Of a stretch of 41,131 nt of DNA, positions 22,491 through 33,336 are shown piece after piece. The translations under genes were made by a program, and so were the position numbers. The stretch is from Octopus sinensis (taxonomy: Eukaryota): the NCBI RefSeq assembly GCF_006345805.1, contig NW_021835265.1, forward strand, positions 1 to 41,131. Direction: 5' to 3'. The notes under the pieces were generated by a model. That model made no database searches. It saw only the letters and a list, made by a program, of their open reading frames with translations, and was not told the DNA's origin. The stretch's first letter is position 1, and each line of letters starts with the position of its first letter.

Positions 22491-22518
22491 AATGATAACA
22501 ATAATAAACCCTGTCTAA

Positions 22519-22858
22519 GTGAAGGCGCATCGCTCAGTGGTTAGAGCATCGAGCTTACGATCGTGAGGTTGTGAGCTCGAATCCCGGACCGGGTTGCGTG
22601 TTGTGTTCTTGAGCAAGACACTTTATTTCCTGTTGCTCCAGTTCACTCAGCTGTAGAAATGAGTTGCGACGTCACAGGTGCCAAGCTGTATCGGCCTCTT
22701 TGCCTTTCCCTTGGATAACATCAGTGGTGTGGAGAGGGGATGCTGGTATGCATCGGCGACTGCTGGTCTTCCATAAACAACCTTGCCCGGACTTGTGCCT
22801 GGGAGGGTAACTTTCTAGGTGCAATCCCATGGTCTGTGTCGTGACCGAAGTGGGGCGC
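22519..22858 (+). mobile_element. SINE family C, tail variant 2
   Basis: Same head and core up to AATGAGT, then an unrelated tail ending GTCGTGACCGAAGTGGGG. Confidence 0.85.
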
Positions 22859-22889
22859 AGAACAAACCCTGATGCAGAAACAAGCAGTG

Positions 22890-23377
22890 GCATTCATAGT
22901 TTCTGATCTTAACTGATTAGAAGTGTTAACATTTACATGTTTTTGTATCGGCGTAAAAAATGGGCGACAGCAACTATTCTGTTCAATACTACAGATTTTC
23001 TAGTCAGTTGTTAGTCCTTCACCATTTGAGCTTGTCCCTTGGTGGCTGACGATATGTGCATCTCTGATCTCGAACAAGAGTAATGGGGGAGCATCATAGT
23101 GATGTGATGAGACGGATTCTCTGGAGTTTGAATAATTCACCCTTGGAAACATGAGTGTTTCGTCAATCATCCTTAATCCTGAATAATCAACCCTTATTCA
23201 GGGAATTTTTGAGCAAGGTCATGTGCTGTTTATCTTGGTATGAGGTCACCCTGTCGCGTAAGGTTGGGACGCAGTACCTGGTATACACTTATCAGGCGGT
23301 TAGTCATGGTGGGTATACTGGGCTTCGTATATTTGCACCCTAGCGTCACTTAGATGGAGTGTGCTGCTCTCTTACTC
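22890..23377 (+). repeat. Unclassified interspersed repeat ending in a TAA/TGA tract; second copy at 28024-28200 (-)
   Basis: 23215-23377 aligns with the reverse complement of 28024-28190 (TCATG.TGGGTATA.TGGGCTTCGTATATTT..GTCACTT.GATGG..CTGCTCTCT.ACTC). Confidence 0.65.
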
Positions 23378-23393
23378 AATAATGATAATAATA

Positions 23394-23456
<63 letters not shown>

Positions 23457-23478
23457 TAATAATATAATAATAATAATG

Positions 23479-23530
<52 letters not shown>
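23378..23530. repeat. (TAA)n/(TGA)n microsatellite
   Basis: Direct reading. Confidence 0.97.
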
Positions 23531-23779
23531 TGCTATTTATTAATAAATGTATATCAGTCACTTGGATACTAGAAACTATCTTTTTTAAGCAACTCCAATA
23601 CATGAACGGTGGTACACCATCCATGCCATGGTAAATGATAAACAACAATATAACTGCGAAGTAAAGAAATATTTACAGTCGGTTCTATAGCCATCATGAA
23701 ATAAGAATGTTTCAAGTAGAGTGCTAACGTCATTTACGTTTTGGCCTACTCTTGACCTCATTAAGGAATCTTCTACGAA

Positions 23780-24260
23780 CAAACATTAAACCATTCTCTC
23801 TAGATAAAAGCATAAAACTATTTACAAGAGATAATAATCAGCGGGAGAAGCTGTTAAAATTAATTTATGAATTCTTTGAGTGCATAAAATTGAGTTTGGA
23901 AATTGGTAAATATGCCAAGAAGCGATAAGAAAAGACAAATTAACTAAAACAAATTAGTTCCAAGTACTGGAATCGACGGATGATACCTGAACGACTCTTA
24001 GATACAAAATGTAAGAGTAGTAGAAATTAGTAACAATCAACACACTGAAATGAAGGGGGGAATTGCAAAAGAGTGCCGAGAAGGTTTAAGATTCAGTGCT
24101 AGGGAAAGATAATGGTTTATAAATACATTAGCCATCCCCATTATCGAGTCTAAAACTTTGAAGTAACACAGCAGACGTTAAGTGATACTTTAAAACCAAC
24201 ATATATAGGATATACCAACTCCAGAGCCTGAAACAGATATTGGATTACTAAAAAGTAACA
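23780..24260 (+). mobile_element. Very degenerate RLE-LINE RT remnant
   Basis: IKLFTRDNNQREKLLKLIYEFFECIKLSLEIGKYAK and NTLAIPII resemble the YMDDIKLF...DIKMEFGLDKCAK and AINTLAIPV motifs of Dong/R4 RT. Confidence 0.5.
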
Positions 24261-24443
24261 ACAGGAGAACTAGAAAATATTTAGAAGCGAGGAAAACTGA
24301 AGACTGTAATTTGGGAACTAAAGGCAAATAAAAATGCTTTCTTGATATATAAAGAAACAATGGATTGCAAATGAGAAACTAAAATACTGAAAAGAAAAAC
24401 AGGAGAAACGAGATAAGGACGAAATACTGAATTGGATAAACAA

Positions 24444-24839
24444 CAGGAGCGGCTGTGTGTTAAGTAGCTTGCTAACCAACCACATGGTTCCGGGTTCCAT
24501 CCACTGTGTGGCATCTTGGGCAAGTGTCTTCTGCTATAGCCCCGGGCCGACCAATGCCTTGTGAGTGGATTTGGTAGACGGAAACTGAAAGAAGCCTATC
24601 GTATATATGTATATATATATATGCATGTGTGTGTGTTTGTGTGTCTGTGTTTGTCCCCCTAGAATTGCTTGACAACCGATGCTGGTGTGTTTACGTCCCC
24701 GTAACTTAGCGGTTCGGCAAAAGAGACCGATAGAATAAGTACTGAGCTTACAAAGAATAAGTCCCGGGGTCGATTTGCTCGACTAAAGGCGGTGCTCCAG
24801 CATGGCCGCAGTCAAATGACTGAAACAAGTAAGAGAGTA
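24444..24839 (+). mobile_element. SINE family A, full length
   Basis: CAGGAGCGGCTGTGTG...GGTTCCATCC...GGCGGTGCTCCAGCATGGCCGCAG...AAGAGAGTA. Confidence 0.9.
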
Positions 24840-24924
24840 ACTAAATAATATGCAATTGAAATTCTACAGTACATTGAAAGGAAACTTTTTAATACGATTT
24901 TATCCCAAACAAGGCTTGAGGTCA

Positions 24925-25329
24925 TTACTTTTTACTCTTTTACTCTTTTATTTGTTTCAGTCACTTGACTGCGGCCATGCTGGAGCACCGCCTTTAGTCG
25001 AGCAAATCGACACCAGGACTTATTCTTTGTAAGCCTAGTACTTATCCTATCAGTCTCTTTTGGCGAACCGCTAAGTTACGGGGACGTAAACACACCAGTA
25101 TCGGTTGTCAAGCGATGTTGGGGGGACAAACACAGACACACAAACATATACACACATATACATATATACGACAGGCTTCTTTCAGTTTCCGTCTACCAAA
25201 TCCCCCCACAAGGCTTTGGTCGGCCTGAGGCTATAGTAAAAGACACTTGCCCAAGGTGTCACGCAGTGGGACTGAACCTAGAACCATGTGGTTGGTAAAG
25301 AAGCTACTTACCACACAGCCACTCCTGCG
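24925..25329 (-). mobile_element. SINE family A, full length
   Basis: Reverse complement of the family A consensus; tail-to-tail with the 24444 copy. Confidence 0.9.
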
Positions 25330-25339
25330 TAAGAGATTA

Positions 25340-25560
25340 TAAAGAAGGAAAGGAAGGGGCCAAAAATTTAAAAATCTGTCAAGTGATAGAAAGTTTAAAG
25401 GACTAAATATGGAAGCCTTTAGGAATACAAGAGGATGGTAATGAGTTCCAGGGAGCAGCAGTTCGAGAAAAAAAGCCATTGGAATAAAAAGACTTGTAAT
25501 TTTAATAGGAAAATAACAAAGAATAAGGCACCTGGGAAGAGAAGCGACTGACATGTTTAA
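25340..25560 (-). mobile_element. Decayed CR1/Jockey-type LINE 3' fragment
   Basis: Minus-strand frame FFSRTAAPWNSLPSSCIP...SFK resembles the conserved R...WNSLP...FK ORF2 terminus. Confidence 0.5.
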
Positions 25561-25729
25561 AGATCTTGACCAGAAAGTTCATCAGAGCAATGACACTTGA
25601 AATGAATATATACGCGCACACACTCACACACCTTGGTTGCCCCGGAGATATAGTAGAAAGCTCTTATTCGAGCTATTGCACATTGGGACTATGTGATTGC
25701 AAAGTGAACTCCTTAACAGCCATACCTGC

Positions 25730-25766
<37 letters not shown>

Positions 25767-25947
25767 AGCATATGTCTATATCTATCTATCTATACATGTA
25801 TGTATGTATTTTTTTTTCTAGTTTCAGCTCAGAGCTGCGGCCATGCTGATGCACCGCCGTTTAAAGAGTATAGCCTGGTCCAGGAATCGAACTCACTACC
25901 TCATGAACTGAGTCCAACGCTCTAACCACTGAGCCATGTTCCTTCAC

Positions 25948-25961
25948 TACATATATATATA

Positions 25962-26048
<87 letters not shown>

Positions 26049-26056
26049 ATATATAT

Positions 26057-26099
<43 letters not shown>

Positions 26100-26110
26100 T
26101 ATATATATAT
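25948..26110. repeat. (TA)n microsatellite
   Basis: Direct reading. Confidence 0.97.
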
Positions 26111-26321
26111 CAACATCAAAATCAAGGAACGGCCATAATAGGCCATTCACCCACTAGAAATAACAGCCAAAGCTTCAACCGCAAAACAACATTAATTCCG
26201 CAATTTGTTTTTTTAATTTTCTCCTGGTTTGCGGAATTAATGTTGTTTTGCGGTTGAAGCTTTGGCTGTTATTTCTAGTGGGTGAATGGCCTATTATGGC
26301 CGTTCCTTGATTTTGATGTTG
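26111..26321. repeat. Perfect 93-bp inverted repeat with a 25-nt spacer
   Basis: 26111-26203 is the exact reverse complement of 26229-26321. Confidence 0.95.
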
Positions 26322-26413
26322 AATTTATAAATGGTCTATGACTATTTAATTTTTTCCCACTAGGCCGCTGGTGGCAAAAAAATTCTACGAAATTTTTTGC
26401 CACCCTATATTGA

Positions 26414-26415
<2 letters not shown>

Positions 26416-26478
<63 letters not shown>

Positions 26479-26484
26479 ATATAT

Positions 26485-26523
<39 letters not shown>

Positions 26524-26555
26524 ATATACTATTATTATTGTTGTTGTTGTTGTTA

Positions 26556-26624
<69 letters not shown>
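26416..26624. repeat. Compound microsatellite (TA)n(TG)n(TTG)n(TTA)n(ATC)n
   Basis: Direct reading. Confidence 0.97.
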
Positions 26625-26625
<1 letters not shown>

Positions 26626-27039
26626 AAGACAGCGAGCTAGCAGAAACGTTAGCACGCCGGGCGAAATGCGTAGCAGTATTTCATCTACCGTTACGTTCTG
26701 AGTTCAAATTCCGCCGTGATCGACTTTGCCTTTCATTCTTCCGGGGTATTTAAACTAAGTACCAGTTACGCACTGGGGTTGATGTAATCGACTAAATCCG
26801 TTTGTCTGTCCTTGTTTGTCCCCTCTGTGTGTAGCCCCTTGTGGGCAGTAAAGAAATAGGTATTTCGCCTGCCCTTACGTTCTGAGTTCAAATTCCGCCG
26901 CAGTCGACTTCGCCTTTCATCCTTTCGGGGTCGATTAAATAAGTACCAGTTACGCACTGAGGTCGATATAATCAACTTAATCCGTTTCTGTGTCCTTGTT
27001 TGTCCCCTCTATGTTTAGCCTTCTGTGGGCAATAAAGAA

Positions 27040-27040
<1 letters not shown>
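26625..27040 (+). mobile_element. SINE family B, tandem dimer
   Basis: Head at 26625; TATTTC..TTACGTTCTGAGTTC recurs at 26677 and 26861 (period 184). Confidence 0.9.
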
Positions 27041-27076
<36 letters not shown>

Positions 27077-27159
27077 TATTATTATTATTATTATTATTGT
27101 TGTTGTTGTTGTTGTTGTTGTTATTATTATTATTATTATTATTACTATTATTATAATGT

Positions 27160-27487
27160 TTTTTCCTTCTTTCTTCATATTTTCTTCCGTTTCTCGCCGA
27201 GTGTTTTCCATGCACCTAGTGTAGAGAAGGGCATTGTATGCATTGCCAGATTACACGTGCAAATTCACAGATAAAGTATGTATTTAAAAATTAATAAATA
27301 AATAATTTCATGGATGGATGTTACTTTCACAGCGATAGTGCTCTTCTCAGTACATGAGCCGTTCCAGTTAACACGATTTTTTGCACTTCCTGTAGGCATG
27401 GTAAGCCTGGAATCATTTTCAAATAGGTTTCAGTACCTTTTTTTTATCATTCCTAGAGATCCTACAATCACTGGTACTGTAGTCGCC
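27160..27487 (-). mobile_element. Dong/R4-type LINE extreme 3' end
   Basis: Re-framed TTVPVIVGSLGMIKK/GTETYLKMIPGLPCLQEVQKIVLTGTAHVLRRALSL*, then a 3' UTR running into a TAA-rich tract. Confidence 0.85.
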
Positions 27488-27562
<75 letters not shown>

Positions 27563-27564
<2 letters not shown>

Positions 27565-28005
27565 TAGTTTTATTTTTTATAGCGTGCTTTCACTTCACTA
27601 CCGAGCGCAGCTCTGTGTGCCTTGGGTATGTGCTGTGATTTGTTGTGATGCTCTGATGGTTATTGTATGGAAAGTGTTCTGCGTAGGATGTGTGCAGTGC
27701 CTAGTAGTGCAATTTTCTGTATGTTATATGTGTTTGTAAGTCCTGGTGTTTTTGTTATGTATTTGTCTGAATATTTTTTTATCATGCCTAATGCACCTAC
27801 TATGATAGGGATTGTTTCTGTTTTCAGATTCCACATTCTGGTTACCTCTATTTCCAGGTCTTTGTATTTTGAGAGTTTCTCCATTTCTTTTAGAGACACG
27901 TTGTCATCTGCCGGTATTGATACATCAATTAGAAAGCATTTTTTTTCTTCATGATCACTGACAACTATATCTGGCCTGTTGGCCATAATTTCTCTATCTG
28001 TGTTT
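27563..28005 (-). mobile_element. Dong/R4-type LINE 3' fragment, RLE domain still in frame
   Basis: ORF 27986-27660: NRPDIVVSDHEEKKCFLIDVSIPADDNV..EKLSKYKDL..IVGALGMIKK..QKIALLGTAHILRRTL; flanked by TAA repeats on both sides. Confidence 0.92.
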
Positions 28006-28205
28006 ATTATTATTATTATTATTGAGTGAGAGAGCAGTTCATGCCATCAAAGTGACACTGGGGTAAAATATACGAAGCCCAATATACCCATCATGACTAC
28101 CCGTCTGATAAAGGTACACCAGGCACATGCATCACAACCATATGTGCGCGACATGGTGATCTCATATCAAGATAAACAGCACCTGACCTTGCAGATGGGG
28201 GTCCA

Positions 28206-28260
<55 letters not shown>

Positions 28261-28408
28261 TATTATTATTATTATTATTATCATCATTATTATTATTATC
28301 ATTATTATTATTATTATTATAATTATTATTATTATTATCATTATTATTATTATTATTATCATTACTATTGTTATTATTATTATCATTATTACTACTGTTA
28401 TTATTACA
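28206..28408. repeat. (TTA)n microsatellite with ATC interruptions
   Basis: Direct reading. Confidence 0.97.
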
Positions 28409-28409
28409 T

Positions 28410-28740
28410 GTTCGATATATTCTCTGATGTAAAGTATATGACAGGCGACTTAAGAAGTTTATATCACACTGCTTTCTTCTCCAGACCACGTCCTGTAAAC
28501 GTGATCATTGTTGATGGAATTATTCTTTCTGCTGTATCTTCGAATGCTTCTCAGAGTGTTTTGGACATCATGTATTTAGTAATGGCTAAGAACTGGATGA
28601 GTCAGCATGATTAATGTTCTCCTGTCACCTTGTAATTGTGTTGTTTGGCGGCGCATATTTCGTTTCTGTGTTATATATTAAGTATCTTTTAATGTCGGCG
28701 CGAGTAATCTGTCTTTGGTAAAAATTAAAACTTTCTACAT
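28410..28740 (-). mobile_element. Highly decayed Dong/R4-type LINE fragment (zinc-knuckle region)
   Basis: Broken frames give QRQITRADIKRYLIYN, ENINH, HDV.KTL*EAF, resembling the CCHC-adjacent region of RLE LINEs. Confidence 0.5.
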
Positions 28741-29235
28741 GACACGTAATGGTGTTTCTTGTACAACATCATTACATTCACCATCTCAGTCTGCTTCTGT
28801 CTTATCCTAGAACCACAATTTATCAAAATGTGCTTTTGTATTCATTTATTTCTCTCACGGTTCACATGGCGCCGAAATCTTTTATGTTTTACTTCAGCCC
28901 TAGGACTCATAATGCTGGTTATCCGGCTTCCATGTCGCATAAGTGGCCGACATCACAATATTCCTCGTGAACAGGACACTTATTCGTTTCAGGGTTCGAA
29001 ACCAGTAATTTTAAAGGGAAGGAGTCAAATCGGTTACATGAACCCCAGTATATGACCAGTACTTCATTTTATAATATTTGGCAAGTGGATGAAAAGCAAA
29101 CTTGGCACCAGTTGGGTTTAAACTCAGAAGCTAAGAAGCCGGAAGAAATGCCGCTGAGCGTTTTGTCCGGTATGCTAATGATTCTTCCTGTCCTTCACCT
29201 TCATGGTACCGTACTAACGATAAGACGATAAACGT

Positions 29236-29533
29236 CGCCCTTTTCAAGCCTAGCCAGGCTCATGGGCCCGGTTTCTCGGTTTCTGTGGCGTATGTGTTCC
29301 CCCCAGCTGGACGGGACGCCAGTCCATCGCAGCGTTACTCAAGAAACAAGAGAGAGTGAGGGAAAGTTGTGGCGAAAGAGTACAACAGGGGTCACCACCA
29401 CACCCTGCCGGAGCCTCGTGGAGCTTTAGGTGCTTTCGATCAATAAACACACACAACCCCCGGTCTGGGAATCGAAACCACGATCTTCCGACCGCGTGTC
29501 ACTGCCCTAACCACTGGGTCATTGCGCATCCAC
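29236..29533 (-). mobile_element. SINE family D (tRNA-like head; tail shared with family C variant 1)
   Basis: Minus strand GGTGGATGCGCAATGACCCAGTGGTTAGGGCAG..GGTTTCGATTCCC..GATGGACTGGCGTCCCGTCCAG..GAAACCG.GAAACCGGGCCC.TGAGCCTGGC. Confidence 0.8.
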
Positions 29534-29959
29534 CATGGTACCGTACTAGCAGTCACTTATTCGGCGGTTCGAATCCTATTAATGATATTGCTCTGTGTCT
29601 GTGTTAAAGCTACCGAATTATTGGTGGCCCAATCCAGGTAACTGTAGACAGTTAGCTACAACGGACATCTAATATTTGGCACCTTGGACAACGGTCTTCT
29701 TCCGCATGAGAATAATATGTGGAAGACTATCGAGCCAAGTAGTATGAAGACCCAGCGTCCCAGAAACGTTACGCTTATTCGTACACGGACCTATTGAATA
29801 ATCAGGGACTTAAAGCATAGCGCAATGAGTAGGTGAATTCGAGACCGAACACCTTGAACAACTATGATCGAAACGGACAGAGGTTCTTTTTATGAAGATG
29901 TTTTCCTAGAAATTTATTTCCCTTATTCACAGAATCCAAGCTATTCAATTTGACAAAAT

Positions 29960-30620
29960 GTCCAGGCATGTTTGTTTCAGTCAAGAGTTATGACTGTGAA
30001 CGTTCATATTGCCATTCTGGCCGTGCCATGGAGGCAAACGTTTTGTAACAGTTCTACTGTGCATTTAATTACCATTTCCTTTATATTGCTGTCTATGCCT
30101 TCTGATACTTTTCCCAAAGACCCAATAATAATTGCCACTCTCTTTACCTTGTTTAATTTCAAGAGAGCTATCTCATATTTATGAAAATTGTATACGTCTA
30201 TTTTTCGCCTTCTTTCAACTGACGAGCTATCACGTATTTAAGGGAATTGTATATCTAGTTTCACCTATCTTGGCTATTCGAGGGTCAAAGAGGCATGCAA
30301 CATCAACTATAGATCACGTGTGGCTCACGTTGATCATCATCACTGAATCCGTCTTTTTGTTCTCAAACACCTGATGTTTGGATCGGGAGGTACCACGGGA
30401 ATTTACAGGTCTCCGATTCCGCCACTCTCTCTGGTATGTGCTCATAAGATGTCTTACCCCTCTCTAGACACCACTCTTCACACAGTCTGCAGTGTAGTAC
30501 TTTTACTACATCATCGTGCTACCACAGCTTATATTGGCAAGAGGCAACTCGAGGGCATTCGTTTGCGATACGAGCAACGATTTTGTGAACTCTATCGCAG
30601 CTTCGGCAGACTGGAGACAC
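29960..30620 (-). mobile_element. Decayed Dong/R4-type LINE 3' fragment
   Basis: Broken frames YEHIPERVAESETCK..PIQT, VDVACLFDPRIAK, RVAIIIGSLGKVS, LLQNVCLHGTARM. Confidence 0.72.
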
Positions 30621-30915
30621 TTACCTATTCCTAATCATTATTATTATTATTATTTTATGGCATCACTGAGGTGTCATCAACTCCTTTCCATAAGTGGGTA
30701 AGGCGATATTTCAAGATATTTAGCTTTGAGATTTTATACACATATATATATATATATATATTTGTATACACATAATAACGGGGACGTGAAACTCTGAGTA
30801 ACAGTTATTTGAAAATTTTGCAGCTTTAATAAGGGCATAACTTTCGTATAGGAGTGCTATTTTTTCTACCTTGTTTTGCGTTTATGCTCTTACTTGTGTG
30901 TGTGTGTGCTCTTAC

Positions 30916-30953
<38 letters not shown>

Positions 30954-31027
30954 TATAAAACCATTCGCCATACTTGATTGTTAAATTTACAAGATTTTTA
31001 TTCGCTCTCTGTTTATTTTCTCTTATT

Positions 31028-31065
31028 TCTTTCTGTTGAAGAGCGTAGGCTCGAAACGTAAAAGA
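31028..31065 (+). ncRNA. Minimal hammerhead-like motif (atypical core CTGTTGA) in a solo pLTR-like repeat (~30995-31152)
   Basis: TCTTT-CTGTTGA-A-GAGC(GTAG)GCTC-GAA-ACGT-A-AAAGA; identical to the 5277 copy except at the cleavage-site base. Confidence 0.6.
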
Positions 31066-31168
31066 CTTTCTCACTTTCTCGAGCGTCAAACAAATACACC
31101 TGCCTGTTGTTCATACACCTGTCTTTGTCTTTTGTTTTTATGTATCTTTCAACTATATATATATATAT

Positions 31169-31813
31169 ATAACATAAGGGACGTTAGCCATCCGAATGTG
31201 GCTAGGGACAGGGCAGGGCGGTGGGGTGTTACTGATGCATTTAGCCCCAGGTGATCATCAACGTCACCAGAAGGGCTGACGCCATCACGGCGTCCTCTAG
31301 CCTGCAAAGGGAGATCATTCCCCGAAGAAGCGGATGCCACATACGGACCCAGGTTTCAAGGTGTTTGCCTATCGTCAACATATGGCAGGCACCGCCCCTC
31401 GACGAACGACTCTCTGTGCAGGCTATCTATACCTCGTTTAGAGAATTATTATTGCTGTCGAACAGATTTTCTACATCAGTAAATGTATTTACTGTGAAAA
31501 TCTTTATATAGATAGCCTGCACAGAGAGTCGTTCGTCGAGGGGCGGTGCCTGCCATACGTTGACGATAGGCAAACACCTTGAAACCTGGGTCCGTATGTG
31601 GCATCCGCTTCTTCGGGGAATGATCTCCCTTTGCAGGCTAGAGGACGCCGTGATGGCGTCAGCCCTTCTGGTGACGTTGATGATCGCCTGGGGCTAAATG
31701 CATCAGTAACACCCCCACCGCCCTGCCCTGTCCCTAGCCACATTCGGATGGCTAACGTCCCTTATGTTATCGAGCAGTTACTGTCTTATACCTCGTTTAG
31801 AGAATTATTATTG

Positions 31814-31815
<2 letters not shown>
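31169..31815. repeat. 263-bp inverted duplication with a 29-bp direct repeat
   Basis: Arms 31169-31431 and 31507-31770 (2 substitutions, 1 indel); TATACCTCGTTTAGAGAATTATTATTGCT at 31428-31456 and 31787-31815. Confidence 0.95.
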
Positions 31816-31885
<70 letters not shown>

Positions 31886-33336
31886 GTCACTAATCTCTCC
31901 GATAACGCCAACAGCTTTATTCCATCTCCCGTGTTCTAATCCTGCTTGCATTGTTTTGGACCTTAACAAGTTTTTATCTATTTTGATACCAGACAATGCT
32001 TCAGCCAAACTTCTTAATATAATTAGATTAATTCAGCACGGTTGTTTATTTCTTTTTAATGGTTTGGTTTGTAATAAACATTTGGCCCCGTGCCTCTCGC
32101 AGCCTCTCCGAGGCCTCTCTTTGTAAGCAAACACAATATACTCTTCCATTAACACATCTAACTCACGGCTGACTGTGTAAGTTAAATACCAAATCCATTG
32201 ACTCTGCAGCATGTATCTATCCTGAGCATCACTTTAAGTGCTTTCAGTGCATATATTGTACTGATGTGCAAACTTCCAATGTAATTATGAAATATGAGTA
32301 GAAATACACATTTGATCTACCTACCCTTTGGCTTTATTTTTTTTAGTATATTTCTAATAATATCTTGCTAATTGTTCCTAATTACACACTTATAACAATT
32401 AACCAGCGGTTCAATCGATGGAAAAAGAAACATAATTTGACAAATCACACTGATACCGTTTTGTTTTTTTAACAACCCACTGACTTCAGTATTGCTTATG
32501 TGAGAATATGATATTACAAAGGGCAAAATTGTTTGGTCAATACTATTTATCTCTTTGAAAGGCATAAAATATCAGTTTCGATTTCCTAGTGTATATTACA
32601 CCATCTGCTGGCATAGAAAAGGTTGCAATCTTGTGGTAGAGGTGGCAATCGTGTTGGATCTTGATGCTAATAACCGTATTTGATGACCTCTTGGAGTTTA
32701 CAATCTTGTGCTTAAGACTGCAATATTTTAAAGAGATTTCTTTATCAGTACCTTGATGTTAAATACTGTATTTGACTGTAAAAATAAAAACTCATCCCAG
32801 ATTCTATAAGCAGAGTCGGGTTTCCCATAGGCTTTAACACACTAAAATCTTTAACGCATTGTTATAGAATGTTCTAGAGGAAAGTTGTGATCCATTACCT
32901 ATAGCCCGTGGAAAGTGGTTAACTGGCATTATGAGTTGTACGGTTTGAGACAAAAATCTATTTATCAAAAACTGATCGATAACAGAATATGAGATACCAG
33001 AATTTAGAAATACAGGAAGAAACTAAGTAAACTGTAACACATTTTCAACTACATCTAGATATATTATTTACATTATTTACATTATTTAGATTTGATGGAT
33101 ATTTGTCCTCGTCTTGTTTGTTGTTAACACATTTCAGCGTATTAAACAACTACGCCATATGCCCGTGAGCATATGGCGTAGTGGTTTCATATCAGTGTTG
33201 CCAACATAAAATCACAATTTTATATAATTTCAGGAGAAAAAATACCAAAAAATTGCTAAATAAGAAAAACATACCAAAGACTAATTATATCAAAAAGCTT
33301 AATTTTTATTTACATTTTCATTTTCTTTAATTGTAT

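Noticed and set aside
31507-31770. HDV-like or hammerhead ribozyme inside the 263-bp arm (GGCTAA motifs)
   Set aside because: No consistent P1-P3 pseudoknot and no CUGANGA/GAAA pair found.
31900-32960. Coding-looking minus-strand stretches (e.g. KAYGKPDSAYRIWDEF, LMEEYIVFAYKERPRRGCERHGAKC)
   Set aside because: Fragmented by stops and no recognisable family motif; may be an old DNA transposon.
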